In this document: one piece after another, positions 15,255 to 30,351 of the stretch
Numbering within the stretch: position 1 is the stretch's first letter
Layout of the letters: each line of letters starts with the position of its first letter
Assembly: GCF_009914755.1 (NCBI RefSeq)
Contig: NC_060934.1
Strand: one strand, 5' to 3'
Length of the DNA stretch: 64,000 nucleotides
Origin: the human T2T-CHM13v2.0 reference genome, Homo sapiens
Program-made: the position numbers and the translations under genes
The notes under the pieces: generated by a model
Seen by the model: only the letters and a program-made list of their open reading frames with translations
What the model was told of the DNA's origin: nothing
The model's database searches: none

Positions 15255-15480
15255 GCTTTACTCTAGTGGTGAGAATACTGAATTTACAGTCAAAATTCTG
15301 GATATAAATTGGATTTACAGCCAAAACTCTGAATATGAATTGGATTTACAGCCAAAACTCTGGCTCTGTTATTTCATAGACTGTATCAACCTAAGCCAGT
15401 CAATGGACCGTCTGGAGATTCAGTCCTTTCATTTGTAAAATGAAGTCCTTGTGTAAAAATTAAATTGGATTACAGGTACT
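15255..15480 (+). mobile_element. MIR remnant containing a 31-bp tandem triplication
   Basis: tagtggtgagaatactg...ctggctctgttatttcatagactgt...cagtcctttcatttgtaaaatg. Confidence 0.55.
15279..15363. repeat. 31-bp tandem repeat, about 2.7 copies
   Basis: tgaatttacagtcaaaattctggatataaat / tggatttacagccaaaactctgaatatgaat / tggatttacagccaaaactctgg. Confidence 0.9.
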
Positions 15481-16138
15481 AAATGAAAAACAACAATCAT
15501 TTTCGAATTCTAGTTGAAAACAATTCAGTCACAAATAGAGAGAAGTTTTTCTCCTAAATTAACATGCAAAACTGTTTATGAGCATCTTCCAGCTTCGAAA
15601 TTGCTAATGGTGGCACACTAAAGGAAAGAAAGCCTGCAAAAAAATCTTCTAGAACACCCACCAAAAAAGGTCACTTCTATTCTTAAGTAAAGCATGTGCA
15701 ATTCCACAATTCTGCATCCCACAGGAAATTACTGCTTAAAATATATACTTATTTTAATTTCAAGAAGTGGGGAGAGAGTGAAAGGGGCTTTGATGCTAAC
15801 ATTTTTGAAAAAAATTAACATCTTTCTGGAGACTTGATAATTATGGGATTTAATTTGTGGGAAATAAACATGGCAATGAGTAAGAAGCGTAAGGGGAATG
15901 GCCAATTTCTGTCTGGAAAAAGGAAAGATCATCATTCTCAACTGGAACAAGATCTTGCAAGTCCAAATACCTGAATTATATAGAATAAGCAGCAAAATGC
16001 AACACTGAAAGTCAAGGAGAGAATCACAGAAATTATATTTTTCTGTACTCTTGAATTATGTTCTAATTTCTAAAGCAAAATGAGTTGGGGCTACGAAGTA
16101 CAGGTGAATGCAAAATATACATACCTACTGACAGACAG

Positions 16139-16142
<4 letters not shown>

Positions 16143-16186
<44 letters not shown>
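16143..16186. repeat. (AC)n microsatellite, about 22 units
   Basis: Uninterrupted acacac run preceded by gacagacagac. Confidence 0.97.
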
Positions 16187-16187
<1 letters not shown>

Positions 16188-17379
16188 AGGTAGCATGAAG
16201 AATAGTGGAAAACAAAGTGTTACAGGGCTATTAAAACCAACAAGCACAGTAACATAATAATAAATGCTAGCTCCAGTTTGGTCAAGTCAATCTAAAATGA
16301 ATAAATAAAAATACATAAATTTAGAAAGTTCTTAGAAAGCCCAGGAAGTTCCCACATAAAAATTATATAAATGACTGAGAAAACAGGTAAGCAAAAAAAG
16401 ATAATAGAGTTATTCTAAAAAACATTTACCAAAAACCTAATTGTATATCCCTGTTCTTTCCACAGTAAAGAAACAATAAAACTAAGAAAGAGGTTGCAAA
16501 TGAACAGATTGAAACATTTTTATGTAATCTATTAATTATCCTGCAGGAAGGACATTCCTAGGATAATATGAAGTCAGGTGACTTTGTAAAACTTAAAATA
16601 TATAATTGACAAGTATGTAAAAAATCAACTATCATTACCCACTAAGTGAGACTTCCTTTTAATGAGAAATTAAATGCCAGTCTTCATTTGGGCAAACGGA
16701 AATGGGGAGAATGAATTCATCATTAATCTTCAAAGAGATGAATTTCTTTCCTGATATAACATTTATAATAAGAGGTTCTCCAGAGTCCAACCATGAAGCA
16801 GTCAACAATTAACATTTTTAAGAAACAAACCTGAAGAGGTTATTAGTCTGACTCAATGGGTTTTTCATGGTCCAATTTCAAGTTCAAAATCAAAACTTCA
16901 GAAAATTGCCATTTCTCATACTTCCTGATTTTGTTCGTAACAGTCACATATTTTTCTGCAATGCTAAAAAAATCTGTAGCTATTTCAGTAGGTTATATGA
17001 TAGATGATTTTAATACAATAGTAAAAACAAAAACTGAATGGAGTGAAGAATGACTAATGGAACTTTGTGAAATTACCATTATAGCTGTGTTTCAAATCTG
17101 ACAGCAAATATTTAAAGACAATTGAGATGAAATAAATGGTTATTCTTTCAAGAGTGGGTACAGATCATTAATATAAGCCAATTATTGCTGAGAACAAAGA
17201 AATACTGTACAAGAAAGATATAAATTTCTGATAATTTTGTTAGCCTGAAAAGGAAGGTGAAAGGAGAAAATGATGTTTTTGAGCTAATCACTTTCATTGA
17301 CAGAACTACTACTGTGTTTTTAAAGAGAAAAATTTGATAAATATATTTCATTAACACAAATCATGGAAAACCAAATGGA

Positions 17380-17600
17380 GCATCTTAGTGGTTAACAGCA
17401 TAAGCTTTAGGGTCAAAAGACCTGGATTACAGTATCTCTGAAACTTAATTTCCTCACATAAAATAAGGATTGTAATATCTACCTTAATAACCATAAGGGT
17501 TATTATGAAGTCTGAACAGGGTAGCTAATGAAAAGTATATATTATAATGTTGTTCTTGGCATACGAACACGGTGGTTATTTTTATTGTCATTATTGTTGA
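17380..17600 (+). mobile_element. MIR remnant
   Basis: tagtggttaacagcataagctttagggtcaaaagacctgg...tttcctcacataaaataaggattgtaatatctacctt. Confidence 0.65.
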
Positions 17601-17813
17601 TATTTTTCAAAGAAAAGGCAGCTGTTCCCAAACCACGATCTCATCTTTATTAGCCAAATTTTCTAAATACATGGAACTAAAGCCTCTTCTAAGATTTATT
17701 TTATTTACCAATATTTAACAAGCTGAACTTTGGTTGTCCTAGGAATCGCTTGAAATTTAAGTAATAAAAACATCATAGCAACTGAATGATTTTTTTCCTT
17801 AATAAAAAGCGTA

Positions 17814-18143
17814 CTGTCATGCACCACATAACGTTTCAATGATAAACCACATATATGATGGTGGTTACATATTATAAAACCACATTTTTATACTGCTTTT
17901 TCCTATGTTTAGATAGATTTAGATACACAAATACCATTGTGCTACAACTACCTACAGTGTTTAGTACAGTAACATGCTGCACAGGTTTGTAGACTAGGAG
18001 CAATAGACTATACTATATAGCCTAGGTGTGTAGTAGGCTATACCATCTGGGTGTGAATAAGTACACTCTGTGATATTTGCATGACAAAACTGCCTAGCTG
18101 CATTTCTCAGTACTTATCCCCATTGTTAAGTGACACATGACTG
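17814..18143 (+). mobile_element. Tigger3a/MER7A-like (TcMar-Tigger) MITE
   Basis: Termini ctgtcatgcaccacataacg ... gttaagtgacacatgactg after a TA; internal gcaatagactatactatatagcctaggtgtgtagtaggctataccatct. Confidence 0.88.
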
Positions 18144-18379
18144 CATATTAAGAGGATTAGCTGACTCATTTCTGGGTTTTGAGAGTTTTTGAAATCCTAA
18201 AATCAAATTACAGAATTATATGTCAGCTAAAAATTTTCAAAGTCATCCAGTGAAATACATTTCTTTACTATGAGGCTATCATGAAACTGAAACACCGAGA
18301 AGTGGAGACACTCCTATCTTAGATACCTCTTTTTATAGGCTGGTAGCATATAAAGAGACAGCCAACTATGTTGGTCGAA

Positions 18380-18630
18380 ATCATCCTTCAAGGTTCAGTT
18401 CAAACACAATCATCTCCATGAAGCCTCATACACAGCCAAAATTAACCTCCAGAATTTCACAACGCTTTTGATTACTTACCACACATTAACTTGTTTTCAA
18501 CATGTTTATGACAAACCTCTTTCTCCTTATAGATTACTTGAGGGAAGGGGCTTGGTCTTGTTTATGTTTGATTGCTCCCATTACATCATATACAGTAACT
18601 ATTCAGTACATTTGGAGGTTAGCAATAAAT
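18380..18630 (+). mobile_element. L2 3' remnant
   Basis: catccttcaaggttcagttcaaacac...tccatgaagcct...cttgagggaaggggcttggtcttgtt. Confidence 0.55.
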
Positions 18631-18699
18631 ACAAAAAGCTGGCGGGCACTGCCTTGGTGAAACAAAACTATTGTTCAGGAAATGTGGCCACTTATGACC

Positions 18700-19020
18700 C
18701 CTGACACAGCAGTGTTGATTAGATGAGTAGTGGTAGAGACAGGAAGGGTCAGGGACTACTCCTAGAGTTCCAACATGAGCACTTGACTCATGACAAGGAA
18801 GGAAAGTTCTAGAGAAGAGTCAATTTGGGGTGATATGATGAGTTCAATTTGGTCTTGTTCAGTTTAAAATGTCCATGAGAGCTCAAGACCTATTAGGTTT
18901 ACAAGTAGGGATCATCAGCATTTTAAACATGTTTAAAGCCATGGGCACAGACGAATGCTTACGGAAAAAATATCTTGAAGGGGAAGAGGAGAATGAAACT
19001 AGAAAAAAATTCACACCTAA
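18700..19020 (-). mobile_element. L2 remnant
   Basis: gatgagttcaatttggtcttgttcagtttaaaatgtcc...gatcatcagcat...tttaaagccatggg. Confidence 0.55.
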
Positions 19021-20094
19021 TGAATGAGATTACAAAGTAACCTAATTTGTGGCCCAGAGATCTGGGAACATTCAATTTCAATTGGAAGAGGTGAAAGAAA
19101 AAGGGATGTGAAAGCTAAAACAAAACTGATTGTTGGTCAATTTCCAAAAAAAAAATCAAGTCAATATATTTGTGCATCTACCATTCAGTCATTCAGCAAA
19201 TATCTCTTAAGCACTTTGTTAGAAATTGGAAAGACAATGATAAATAAGACAGAGTTTACCAAAGAAGATAATGAACATGGAAATAAGGCAGGGGGAAAGG
19301 TTTTCACAGAGGGCTCCCTGGCCAACCAACTTGGTTATTCACTACTTTTGGTAGTTTTATCTGCGAACTACAGATAAAAATCACAACTTGATGATACTTG
19401 CCAAAAAGTCACTCAAATAATCCCCCAAGCTCTGTGCAAACTCTGATAGTAATGCCCTTTTTAGGTTAATTTTCCTTTGGGCAGCAAATTGCTAACAAAA
19501 GTTTTGGATCCTTTCATGCATCATTATAGATTACCATGTTCATTTATACATCAGCATCTTGTAAATTTGGTCTGTTAGGATCAGTTTTCATGAACTAGAC
19601 TGCCAGTGCACACACCGACAGATGATTCCGCTGGACTTCCGAAGCTTAAGTCCCAGATCTTAGAAGCTAATGGCCTCCCTGAGATATTGCATCTTGTGAA
19701 TCTCTGACTGAGTAAACATTCAACCTCCCTGGTTATTCATCTCTATGAAACTTTCTTTTAAAGATTAATCAAAGTGATCTTAACAAGCCTGAACAACAGA
19801 GGATACTGTTTGTCAAACAGTAGCAAGGAGTACTTTACTGCTAAATGCTGATCTTTCTACGTGCCTGTGTCCAATCCCAAATTGTCATGATGAAGATTTT
19901 TGGAAATCCTACTGAACGACTGGCACAAGGCAACATGAGCACATGTTTTCAAAGTGATTTCACTGTATCTGCCAGCATGACTAATATCCAGGCCTTTAGC
20001 CAAAGCCAGCCTTACATTCTGCTGCCTGGCAGCAGCAGAATGGAATTGAGCAAAATTCCGTAGTTCCTATTGGCTATGAACACAAGGAAGATAT

Positions 20095-20414
<320 letters not shown>

Positions 20415-21121
20415 TGAAACTGGAGAGCAAAAGCCGTCATACCATACTTTCATTTGCATCCTAGCACAGACACCTAAACATTCATATTGTCTTTATCCCC
20501 AGTGAATTGCAAAGGCCTAGGGTTTCCCCAGAATTTGGGTTTACAGTACACACTCCCTGAGCGATATTCCTTAAAACAGGCATGTCCAGAAGCGCCAGTG
20601 GAGACTGCTATGAAATCCTGGCATTGCTCAAAAAATAGAAGTCAGATTAGAGTTCCTGGCACTGCTCTCCTTTTCTGTTCTTCAGTTCTCATATTTCCTC
20701 CCACTCCCCATATTGTTCCCTTGATTATGAAAAGTAATGCCTTCTGTCATCTCCTGTTGTTTCTTAATTCCTACCTCAAACTCATCAGCCTTGCTCCCCT
20801 TGTTGCTCTGACTCAAATGGCAAAGCTCTGCCTGCCCAACAATAATCACAGGGCATTGGACCTGAAGCATCTGCACTATCACCTATTCCAAACCCCACAT
20901 TCATAACAGGGGACACTGGTGTCCAGAGAAATTAAGTAAATTGCCTGAGAGCAACAAACTGATTTCTGCCAGAACCCAGATCTCCTAATTCCCAAACCAA
21001 AGATATTGCCAGCTTCTCCTTCAGCTAATCTTCAACCATTTTAAAATAAAATCTCCTTCACCAGATTTACAAGTGTTCTGAGATACCTACCCAAAATAAT
21101 CAAAACTACTCTCTAACAACA

Positions 21122-21412
21122 TTTTTTTTTTAAGACAGAGTCTCACTCTGTCACCCAGGCTGGAGTGCAGTGGCTGATCACAGCTTACTGCAACCTCGAC
21201 ATTGTGAGCTCAATAGATCCTCCCACCTCATTCTCTCTAGTAGCTGGGACTACAGGTGCATGCCACCATGTCTGGCTAATTTTTGTAATTTTTGTAGGGA
21301 CCAGGTTTCACCACATTACCCAGACTGGTCTTGAACTCCTAGGCTTAAGCGGTCCACCTGTCTTGGCCTCCCAAAGTGCTGGGATTACAGGTATGAGCCA
21401 CTGCACTCAGCC
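21122..21412 (-). mobile_element. Alu (AluJ-like)
   Basis: Reverse Alu; TSD tctaacaacat / tctaccaacat. Confidence 0.93.
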
Positions 21413-24400
21413 TTCTACCAACATCTTAAGAAGACTCATTTACTAAAGTAAAATAAAAAGCAAAAAGACTTAAGATTTCATCCAAAAGATTCTAATCCTT
21501 AATAAAAGAAAAAAGAAATAAAAGACAACAGATTATGTTATAGAATCATGTTCCCAAAGAAAAATTAAAGAACTAAGCACAGGATTTTCTAAATGTTGAG
21601 CATCAAGGAAGAACACATGAGCGTCACATCGTTCTCGTGCTTAATGTGGATATGTCAGTGCTGAGTTCTGTTAGATACATTATCTTGTTTAATCCTTGTA
21701 ACAATTTATAAGGAGTATTTTTTATCTGAATAGTGTAAATGGAAAATTAATGAAGTTATGTATCTTGTTAGTCCCAAGAATTGGTTATTAAGTGGCAGAG
21801 CTGGTGTTTGGAAAAAGGCCTGTTTGAGTCCAAGGCCCAGGCATTCAATCATCATAAAACACCTGATCTCTGGAGGACAGAAGCATGAAATACCATGATT
21901 CATACTAAGCAAAGAGACTTCTATCTGTAATATCTCTATTTAAAAACTTTAATTCCAAAATAATGAAAATACCTAACACTTCCAAAATATTTTTGCATGT
22001 AATGGGATTTTCATCAAATATATAGCCATAGAAACCAAGGTATAAGTCTGTAAATAACTACTTGTCCTTTTGCAACCCTTGCCGCCCATTTTCTTCTTTC
22101 CTCAGGCTCATGTTCCTTCAAAGATAATTTTCAGCATGGTTAAAAATAAGATGACAAAGACCTTTGATCCAATGGGTTCTGTTCAGCTCTTTTTGTATGC
22201 TTAGGAAAGTTAACTGATTTTTTTTCTCTTTGATTTTATATCAATGTGTAATAGCAATTTTAAAATGACACAGAGCATATTTTGTTAGGCTTTCGCTTTT
22301 AATGACAATGATTTCGAAGCCTGAATGTTTTCTCGACCTCCCCCTCCAGCCCCCAGGAACTCATGGAGCCCTCACCATGGGCCCATGTCAGCTACACACT
22401 CCACGTGCTTGTCTATACTGCCGAACAAGACCTTATGAGAAGGCAAGAAGAGAGTCTCTATTTATTCTTAGGTCACAAAGGGCTTGAATAGGCTTGCAAA
22501 AGATATGACAGTCGGACAGAACAATGTCGAGGTACTGTCCACAATATACAGATAAGCAAAGTGACCAGTTGACTTGATTAAGCTAACATTGTTAGAGAAC
22601 AAAGTTAAGATAAGGAGCCTGGACTTCCACCTTCTGATACCATGTGCATTCTTTCTGGAGATACCATTTCCCTCCTTATTAAACTCACATCCTAAATGAA
22701 GATAAGCAATAATAAAGTATTGCTAACATTCACTACCAATGATGCTAAATAAGGAAATACTGAAAATGCATAAGCCATTCAACGGAGATCTAAGATGGAA
22801 AAACCTGGAAAAGAAAAATAATAAGGAAAACTGAAAATCATTGAGGGGGATGGAAATGAGAGACCACCTTAGATGACGGTTGTGTCAACTGGGCTTATAA
22901 TGAGAGTAAAGCTTTATCAAGTTAATTAGTAAAAGACAGGCACAAATCTAGGGTATTCATTATTCAAATCTTGACTCTTCCAATTGGGGAAATTTGAATG
23001 AATGGGAATTAGATGATATCAAAGGATTATTTTTTAGATGCAATAATGGTAATCTTGGTTATTTTTAAAGTCCTATCTATTAGAGATATGTGGGAAAGAC
23101 TAAAGAAACAAGCGTGGCAATGAGTTGGTCATTAAGCTGGGTGATGGGTAATCAGTGGTTCATTACATTATTCTCTGTTAAAAAAAATCTAGGCTGTTAA
23201 TTATCAGAAAGAATTGAGTGAAGAGCCTGGTAAGACACATAAAGGCGAAACAGGAATGTCTAACTACATAGTCTGTGGAAGGACTCACTTGTTTTCTCCT
23301 GATGATGGACTCAGCATTACTATTGCACAGGCGAAAACAAAGACAGAATCTAAGCAACTTCCACCTATCACACATTAGGCCACTGAACTGAGTATTTCCC
23401 ATTCCTGACTCAAAGTTAACCTTTTCAAAAATTATGATATGGTTTATATTTAGAAACTAATTTAAGATGAATCCAATGTTACTTTCCTTTTATATCAAGT
23501 AAAATAATGAATTTCAAAGCCACATACACACACATATGTGTGTCTGTGTATTTTGGCATTTCTAAAAATGACATTGACTTAACTAGATCATTGATATAAT
23601 TAAATTCGATATTTCCTTGATGACCATGAGAATCATCAAAGAAAAATAATAAAGTACCACTAATCTCAAAAATTAATATAGTAAAAAGAGTAAACAGAAT
23701 AAATGAAGAATTAGGACACCCAGGTAATAGCACCAGAAAAACCTCTTGCTAACTCAAGCAAGTCACTCAACACTCGAGTCGGTTTCATCATCTGTACCAT
23801 GACTGGATTCTATTACATGCTACACAAGATTCTTCCAGTTCTAACATCCTAGAGGCTGAAATCTGTTTCTTTCCATGTCTACACCTGTTCAGGATCCCAG
23901 TGCTCACCAGAGATTATGACACCTCCAATTTTAGGAAGGCTACAGGTCTCGGCAAGTCCTACTGATGGAACAGCAAAAAGAAGTCTATTTCTGGCTTTTC
24001 TCATCGGATGTGAATGAAGCCATGCAAACAGGCAGGGAATCTCGGAGATATGTTACAGTCATGTGGAAGGGATTATCCTCAGGGAAGTCTTTAACAATGT
24101 GATCAGTTCTGTTGCAGGGATTATGGGGTTCTAGGGACATCAACAAGGGACACTAAACCTCTGGGAGAGGGCAGGAGGCAGGTAGTGAAGATGCTGGTAA
24201 ATCAGCCAAGCACAGCTCTCTAAGGGCGGGGTAGGTGTCCCCACCTGGTGTTCCCATTGTCTTTGTGATCAAGTCTCTGTACATCTGCCATACTGATTTA
24301 AAATTAGGTGTGGGCATTGTTGTGGCAGAGCGTGTGGCTTTCTTATTGTGGTGTATCTCCAGCTTTCAGTGTCTAGCACACTTGAGTTGTATTTGCTGGG

Positions 24401-24923
24401 ACAACATAGGATGGCTTGGAAAATGTCAGCATGATGGGCACATTGAGAACATTCTATCTAAAGCAACTGTAAATTTTAAAGTAATACATTGAAAAACTGG
24501 CTTTTGGGATACTAAAAATGGAGGGGATTGGGAAAGTTATAACTAAGAGAAAGTATAGAAAGATGATGAATGAATGAGATGGAAAAATGAAGGAAAAAAA
24601 GCAAAGAGGAAACCAGTGGAACAGGAAAGGGGTGCTTGAGAGCCTACTCAAAGAAAAACTTCCCTCAAAAAGAATGGAACGTCATGTTTCATAGGCTGAT
24701 GCCCCAGTTTTACCAACTGGCAAGAGACTGACCCACACACTAGAAGCAGTATTTCTGAACACGAATTCCCTGGAAGTGGTACAAATACGTGCAATGAGAA
24801 AAATAATTAGCAATTTCATAATTAAATCTCACTGATCCTCTAATAAAAAAAATAGTGAATAAAAAGTTGCTGATTAGTTTTAAATAAAATATTAAGCCTC
24901 AATTAAAATCTACAGTTATTTGT

Positions 24924-25259
<336 letters not shown>

Positions 25260-26131
25260 TTATAAGCACGTTTGAGTTCCAGACTTTCTGATTTTATTCT
25301 CCAATCCCTCTGCAGTCAAGACTTTATTCTTAAGACATTCCAAGCCATGGAATCTTAAGCTAAGAAATAAAAGTTTAACAATATATATTAAAATAAACTA
25401 AACTAATAACTGAACTGCTCTTACTGATATATTCAAGTAAACACTAAAAAATGTGTCCCTCCAATTTTCTGTAGTATATACAGCAATGCAATTTTAAAAG
25501 ATATGTTTCAAACTGGACTTTAATTCTTAAAAGTTATATGCTAAATTTTAGTCTGTTTTATAATAAACAAAAAATATTTTTTACTTAAATTCCACGCTAT
25601 TTATGCACAATGCTGAACTTTTAAGTTGAGGAGCCATATGTAATTATTCCCAAATTTAATAACACAAATATATTATTTGTTCCAAAAGTTAGAGCGATGA
25701 GCAATTAAAGGAAAAAAGAAACTTAAAAAGAACCTAATTCTTGAGAGGGGAAAATAACTAAACCAAATAGTAAGAACTCTATACTATCAATATTTTTTTG
25801 GAAAATATCTGTATTTTATTAATCCTGCATTACTCAGAATATTTAGTGTTTAGCACAACACCTGGAATCATCCAGTACTTTGCATTAAGATAAGAGAACA
25901 GGGAGTGGTATGAAGGAAATAAACTATGCAAAGAAGAAAAGTAAGATATTTAGGAGTCCTCACAAAGAAATCAAATATCTCAGGTAACCACGTTGGCCCC
26001 AATCTTCATTAAGCAAACACTAAAGCAAAGGAGTTTCCTAATAGCCTGAAAGAATAAGCCAAATGAGATAGAAAAGACATCAATAATTGTTGAGCATGAC
26101 AGATGGGCAGGACCATTAATAAATTAATAAG

Positions 26132-26345
26132 CAGTGATTCTTAAATTTTAGTGCACCTGAGAATCACATAGGGATGGTGGCAGTGCAGAGGGAGGAATAG
26201 TTGGTAAAATGCATATCCTGGGTCCCAGCAAAGAAAATCTGACTTGGAAAGTATACTTGGTAAATCCCAAGAGTCTCTAGAAACTAGACCTAAGATCTGC
26301 ATTTCTAATATTAATAAATTCCCCCAGATAATTCTGATGATGTTG
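26132..26345. mobile_element. MER5-type hAT-Charlie remnant interrupted by an Alu
   Basis: cagtgattcttaaattttagtgcacctgagaatcac...taagatctgcatttctaa...ccccagataattctgatg; resumes after the Alu at about 26620-26640. Confidence 0.65.
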
Positions 26346-26347
26346 CA

Positions 26348-26620
<273 letters not shown>

Positions 26621-27034
26621 TACTTTTCAAAACCCTGGGCATCTCATCAAACTTTCCTCCTAGAAGTTGAGAACAAACACATATGAATAGAAGTCAGGTT
26701 GAGTGCTTTTTCTACTATACCAAAATAAAGTAAGATACAGGGAAAAAAGAGGCGTACAGAGGGTAGAGAAGCAGAAACAAATACTAAAAAGTGTTTAATT
26801 AAATGAGATAGATGCCATTTGGATTTTTTTTGCATGTCAGCCAATTAAAATGTTTGCCAAAAGTAGCTTGATTTGAGAAAAATCCCTTAGGCCAAGTTTT
26901 GTTTTGCTTCAAAGTCTAAATGCTTGGACAAGTTTACACATGCCCTGGAAGAATGGGAAGGTGAACAGGAAAGGGTGGGCAGACGAAGAGCTCCTGAAAA
27001 ATATGTTGAGAAATATATTTTAAAATGTTTTGTA

Positions 27035-27405
27035 ATCATTTTATTGAGATGTTATTCACATCCTATACAACTCACCCATTTAAAGTGTAAATTTCAATAG
27101 TTTTAGTATATTTACAGAGTTGTGCAACCATCATAATTAATTTTAGAATATTTTATCACCCCCAAAAGAAACCCCATCCCCACTAGTAATCACCCTGTTC
27201 TCCCCTTTCTCCCAGCCCATTCTCCCAACCATGAACCTGCTTTCTGCCTCTACAGATTTGCCTATTCTGGGCATATCATATGAATGGAATCATAAATCAT
27301 ATGATATATTGGCCTCTTGTGTTTCACTTCTTTCACTTTGTTTAATGCTTTCAAGTTTCATCCACGTGATAGAAAATATTGGTATTTTATTCCTTTCTTT
27401 GCCAA
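27035..27405 (-). mobile_element. Old L1 (L1MB-type) 3' end
   Basis: ttttattgagatgttattcacatcc...cacccatttaaagtg...gttgtgcaaccatc...gatttgcctattctgggcatatcatatgaatggaatcat. Confidence 0.85.
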
Positions 27406-28852
27406 AAAATGCATTTTTCAATCAAATGTTTAGAAAAGATGAGTCTTGATAAAAGCTGTAGTTTATTCATGCATTAGACAACTGTACCATATGTTACTGG
27501 AGGATGTTAAATTGTTTAAATCAAATAATTAATCTTATTTGCTATGATTTGACATTACCAAACATAGCCTTGGAAATTTTGCTCATTTTCATGAATAGAT
27601 TTCAACCAGAAATGGATATGGTATCCTACTTTTATTCAGATAAAATACATTTAATTTTTTTTCTAGGCAAAATTATAGCACTTTTATTACAAGTGGTTAC
27701 TTTGGAAGCAAATGACAATTTTCACAATGACCATAGTCCATAGTCTCAAGAAATGTATAATCCAAAAGAGGCAAACAACATAAACATGAATAATAGTACT
27801 TCAAAGCAAAATATACATGTGCAGTTACCCTGTGCCAAGATAGCTTCTCCAATGCACAGTGAATTTAATCATTGATATTCCAAAATACCAACCCTGAAAG
27901 TAGAGGGACATTTTACTTGTTCATTGATACATCCCAAGTGCCCAGGAGCCAAGACTAATACACTAGACATAGATTAGCTTTTATGCTGTTAGTTATTATT
28001 ACATGTTATGTATTACATTATATTTTATTTATTATGAGTAGTTTGTTTTACAAATAAGTTTTATGAAAATAACTCACTCATTTTAGAAACACAAAAAGCA
28101 GAAAAATATAGAAAAATTAAATTAAAACCATCTGTGATCATATAACTCAAAGAAAAGCCACAGTTAACATTTAGCACATTTCCTTCTAGTTTTTCTGTAA
28201 ACATAAACAGGTATATTAATTGGTATTACTATACATAGTTCAAATTCATCTTTCACCATGACTGTGTTGCTTTTCAATATAATTCATGTATATACAACAA
28301 AAGGCTCTTTAAATATTAATATATATTTTTACAGTCATATTTGCATAATTTTCTTTAAAATATGTATGTATCCTGGTTCCACAAAAGCATGTGCATGCAA
28401 ATAAAGAACCAGCCTTTTAAAAATAATGTAAACATATCTCCATTAATGAACATCCTAAGAACAAACCTTCTTCACAGGAAAAAAAGCAAAGCCCTCCTAG
28501 AATCTGAAGCTATGCTCATATGTACTGAACAGGATAAAAACATTTTCTTGCCCACATTTATTCATCAGGGAACAGGCCATAACAAACTAAGGTGACCTTA
28601 ACAAGATTTGCTTTGGTGATATCAGTTTCTCCTTTCTCCAAAATTCCCTGCCTAGTGCACACTCCCCACTTAACCCCTGGAACCCACTGCCTTCTGCTGC
28701 TCTCCCTCCCTGAAATCAGAGCGCATATGTAGGATGAGCCCAAGCTGGAGGCAGCAGCCTGGACTACTTACTAGTCACAGTTCCATCACCTTAGATGAAC
28801 CATTTTATTATTCAAAGCATGAATGTCTCAGCTATAAAAGTGAAAGCTCTAC

Positions 28853-29022
28853 ACCAGTGGTTCTCAGAGTCTTATCTAGATCAACATCATCTAAAAACTT
28901 CTTGGCACATTCTCAGGGTCTTTCCCAGTCCTACTGAACCAGAAACTCTGGGATGAGGCCCAGAACATTTGTTTTAACACACACCATGCTTCTGATGCAT
29001 GAAAAAGTTTGACGACCACTGC
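28853..29022. mobile_element. MER5A
   Basis: cagtggttctcagag...ctactgaaccagaaactctgggatgaggcccag...aagtttgacgaccactg (inverted termini). Confidence 0.8.
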
Positions 29023-29049
29023 TCCGCACTTCCTCAAACCTCCTGCACC

Positions 29050-29410
29050 TCCTCCATCCTTAACCCTCACTAAAAACTGTTGTCCTGCCTTCCTACTTCC
29101 CTGTGAAAAATCAGGAAAGAAGACTTGGGTAGACTCAGAACATCATGACCAACCAGCCATTATCATTTACAGCTACACATCCTGTCTTTATCCATGACTG
29201 TTCTAAAGCTAGTCCCTCCACCTGTGCACTCACTCCCATCCTCTCTCCTGCTCAAGCACATTGCTTCACCAATTCTCCCTTCTCTCTTATTCATCAATAC
29301 TTTTCTTCCACTGGATCATTTTATTTAGCATACAAACTTGCTGTTATTTATTCTATCTTGGAAAAAAATTCCTGGGCTCCCACTTCCCTTGCTATTGCCA
29401 CCATTTCTTA
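29050..29410 (+). mobile_element. L2 internal remnant
   Basis: ctaaagctagtccctccacctgtgcactc...ttccactggatcattttatttagcatacaaacttgctg. Confidence 0.6.
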
Positions 29411-29414
29411 AAAA

Positions 29415-29895
29415 TAGAGGCATGACTGGCATATAATAAAATGTACAGATTCTAAGTGTTCAGGTTAGTCAGTTTTGATAATTGTCTAAACTTATGTAAA
29501 AATCACCCAAAACAAAATATAGAGCATCTCCATCCCTCAAGAAAGTTCTTCCCTGTCCCTTTCCAGTAAATTCTGCCTCACATGCTCAGGCCACCACTGA
29601 TCTGATTTATAGAACTAAGATTAACTTTGCCTGTACTGCAACTTAATCTAAATGGAATCATATATTATATACCCTTTTGTATCTGGCTTTTTTGTTCAGT
29701 ATAATGCATTTGATGTTCATCTATGTTGTTGCATGGTATCAGTTATTCATTTCAATTTTTAATTGTTGATTAGTATTTCATTCTATGAATATAGCACACT
29801 ATTCATCTATTGGTGGATATTTGGACTGATTCTAGTTTTTTAATAATATGACTAAGGTTAAAATCAACATTTGTATATTAGTCTTTTTGTAGAAT
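29415..29895 (-). mobile_element. Old L1 (L1ME-type) 3' region
   Basis: aaaatgtacagattctaagtgttcag...aaatggaatcatat...cttttgtatctggcttt...ttcatctatgttgttgcatg...ggtggatatttggactg. Confidence 0.8.
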
Positions 29896-30351
29896 GACTT
29901 GTGTTTGATGAAGAAACATATAAAGTGAGGGATCGACCTAGGTGAGTTATTGTCTTGCATAAATCAACTGTTCTTAAATTGCAGACTTGGCAAAATGCAG
30001 GAAGAACCTCTTTCTTAAATGAACTAGATAGCTCAATCAAAAACCGTGCCTCTGTGAATGCAAATCATAATAACATTTTCAAGGCATTTGAGAGAAATGT
30101 TGACTCATTTCTTTACCCATAAATACTTTACCAATCATTCTTTCTATTCCTTTCTATCCACATACTATCAACACTTTGTGCCTACTGTGTTGAGGACTAG
30201 ATGTGAATAAGAATTGCTCCAGCCTCAAGGAAGTTTGATATAGTTGGGGAACTTAGACATGAAACACAGTGCAGTAAAATATCTTAAGTGCAAAATAAAA
30301 CTGTGTCCAAGGTAAAATGCTTCCCAAGAAAAGATTGATCAAATGATTGAG

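Noticed and set aside
19560-20063. Unique sequence with short ORFs on both strands
   Set aside because: No paired splice sites and no recognisable protein; may be conserved non-coding but cannot be shown from sequence alone
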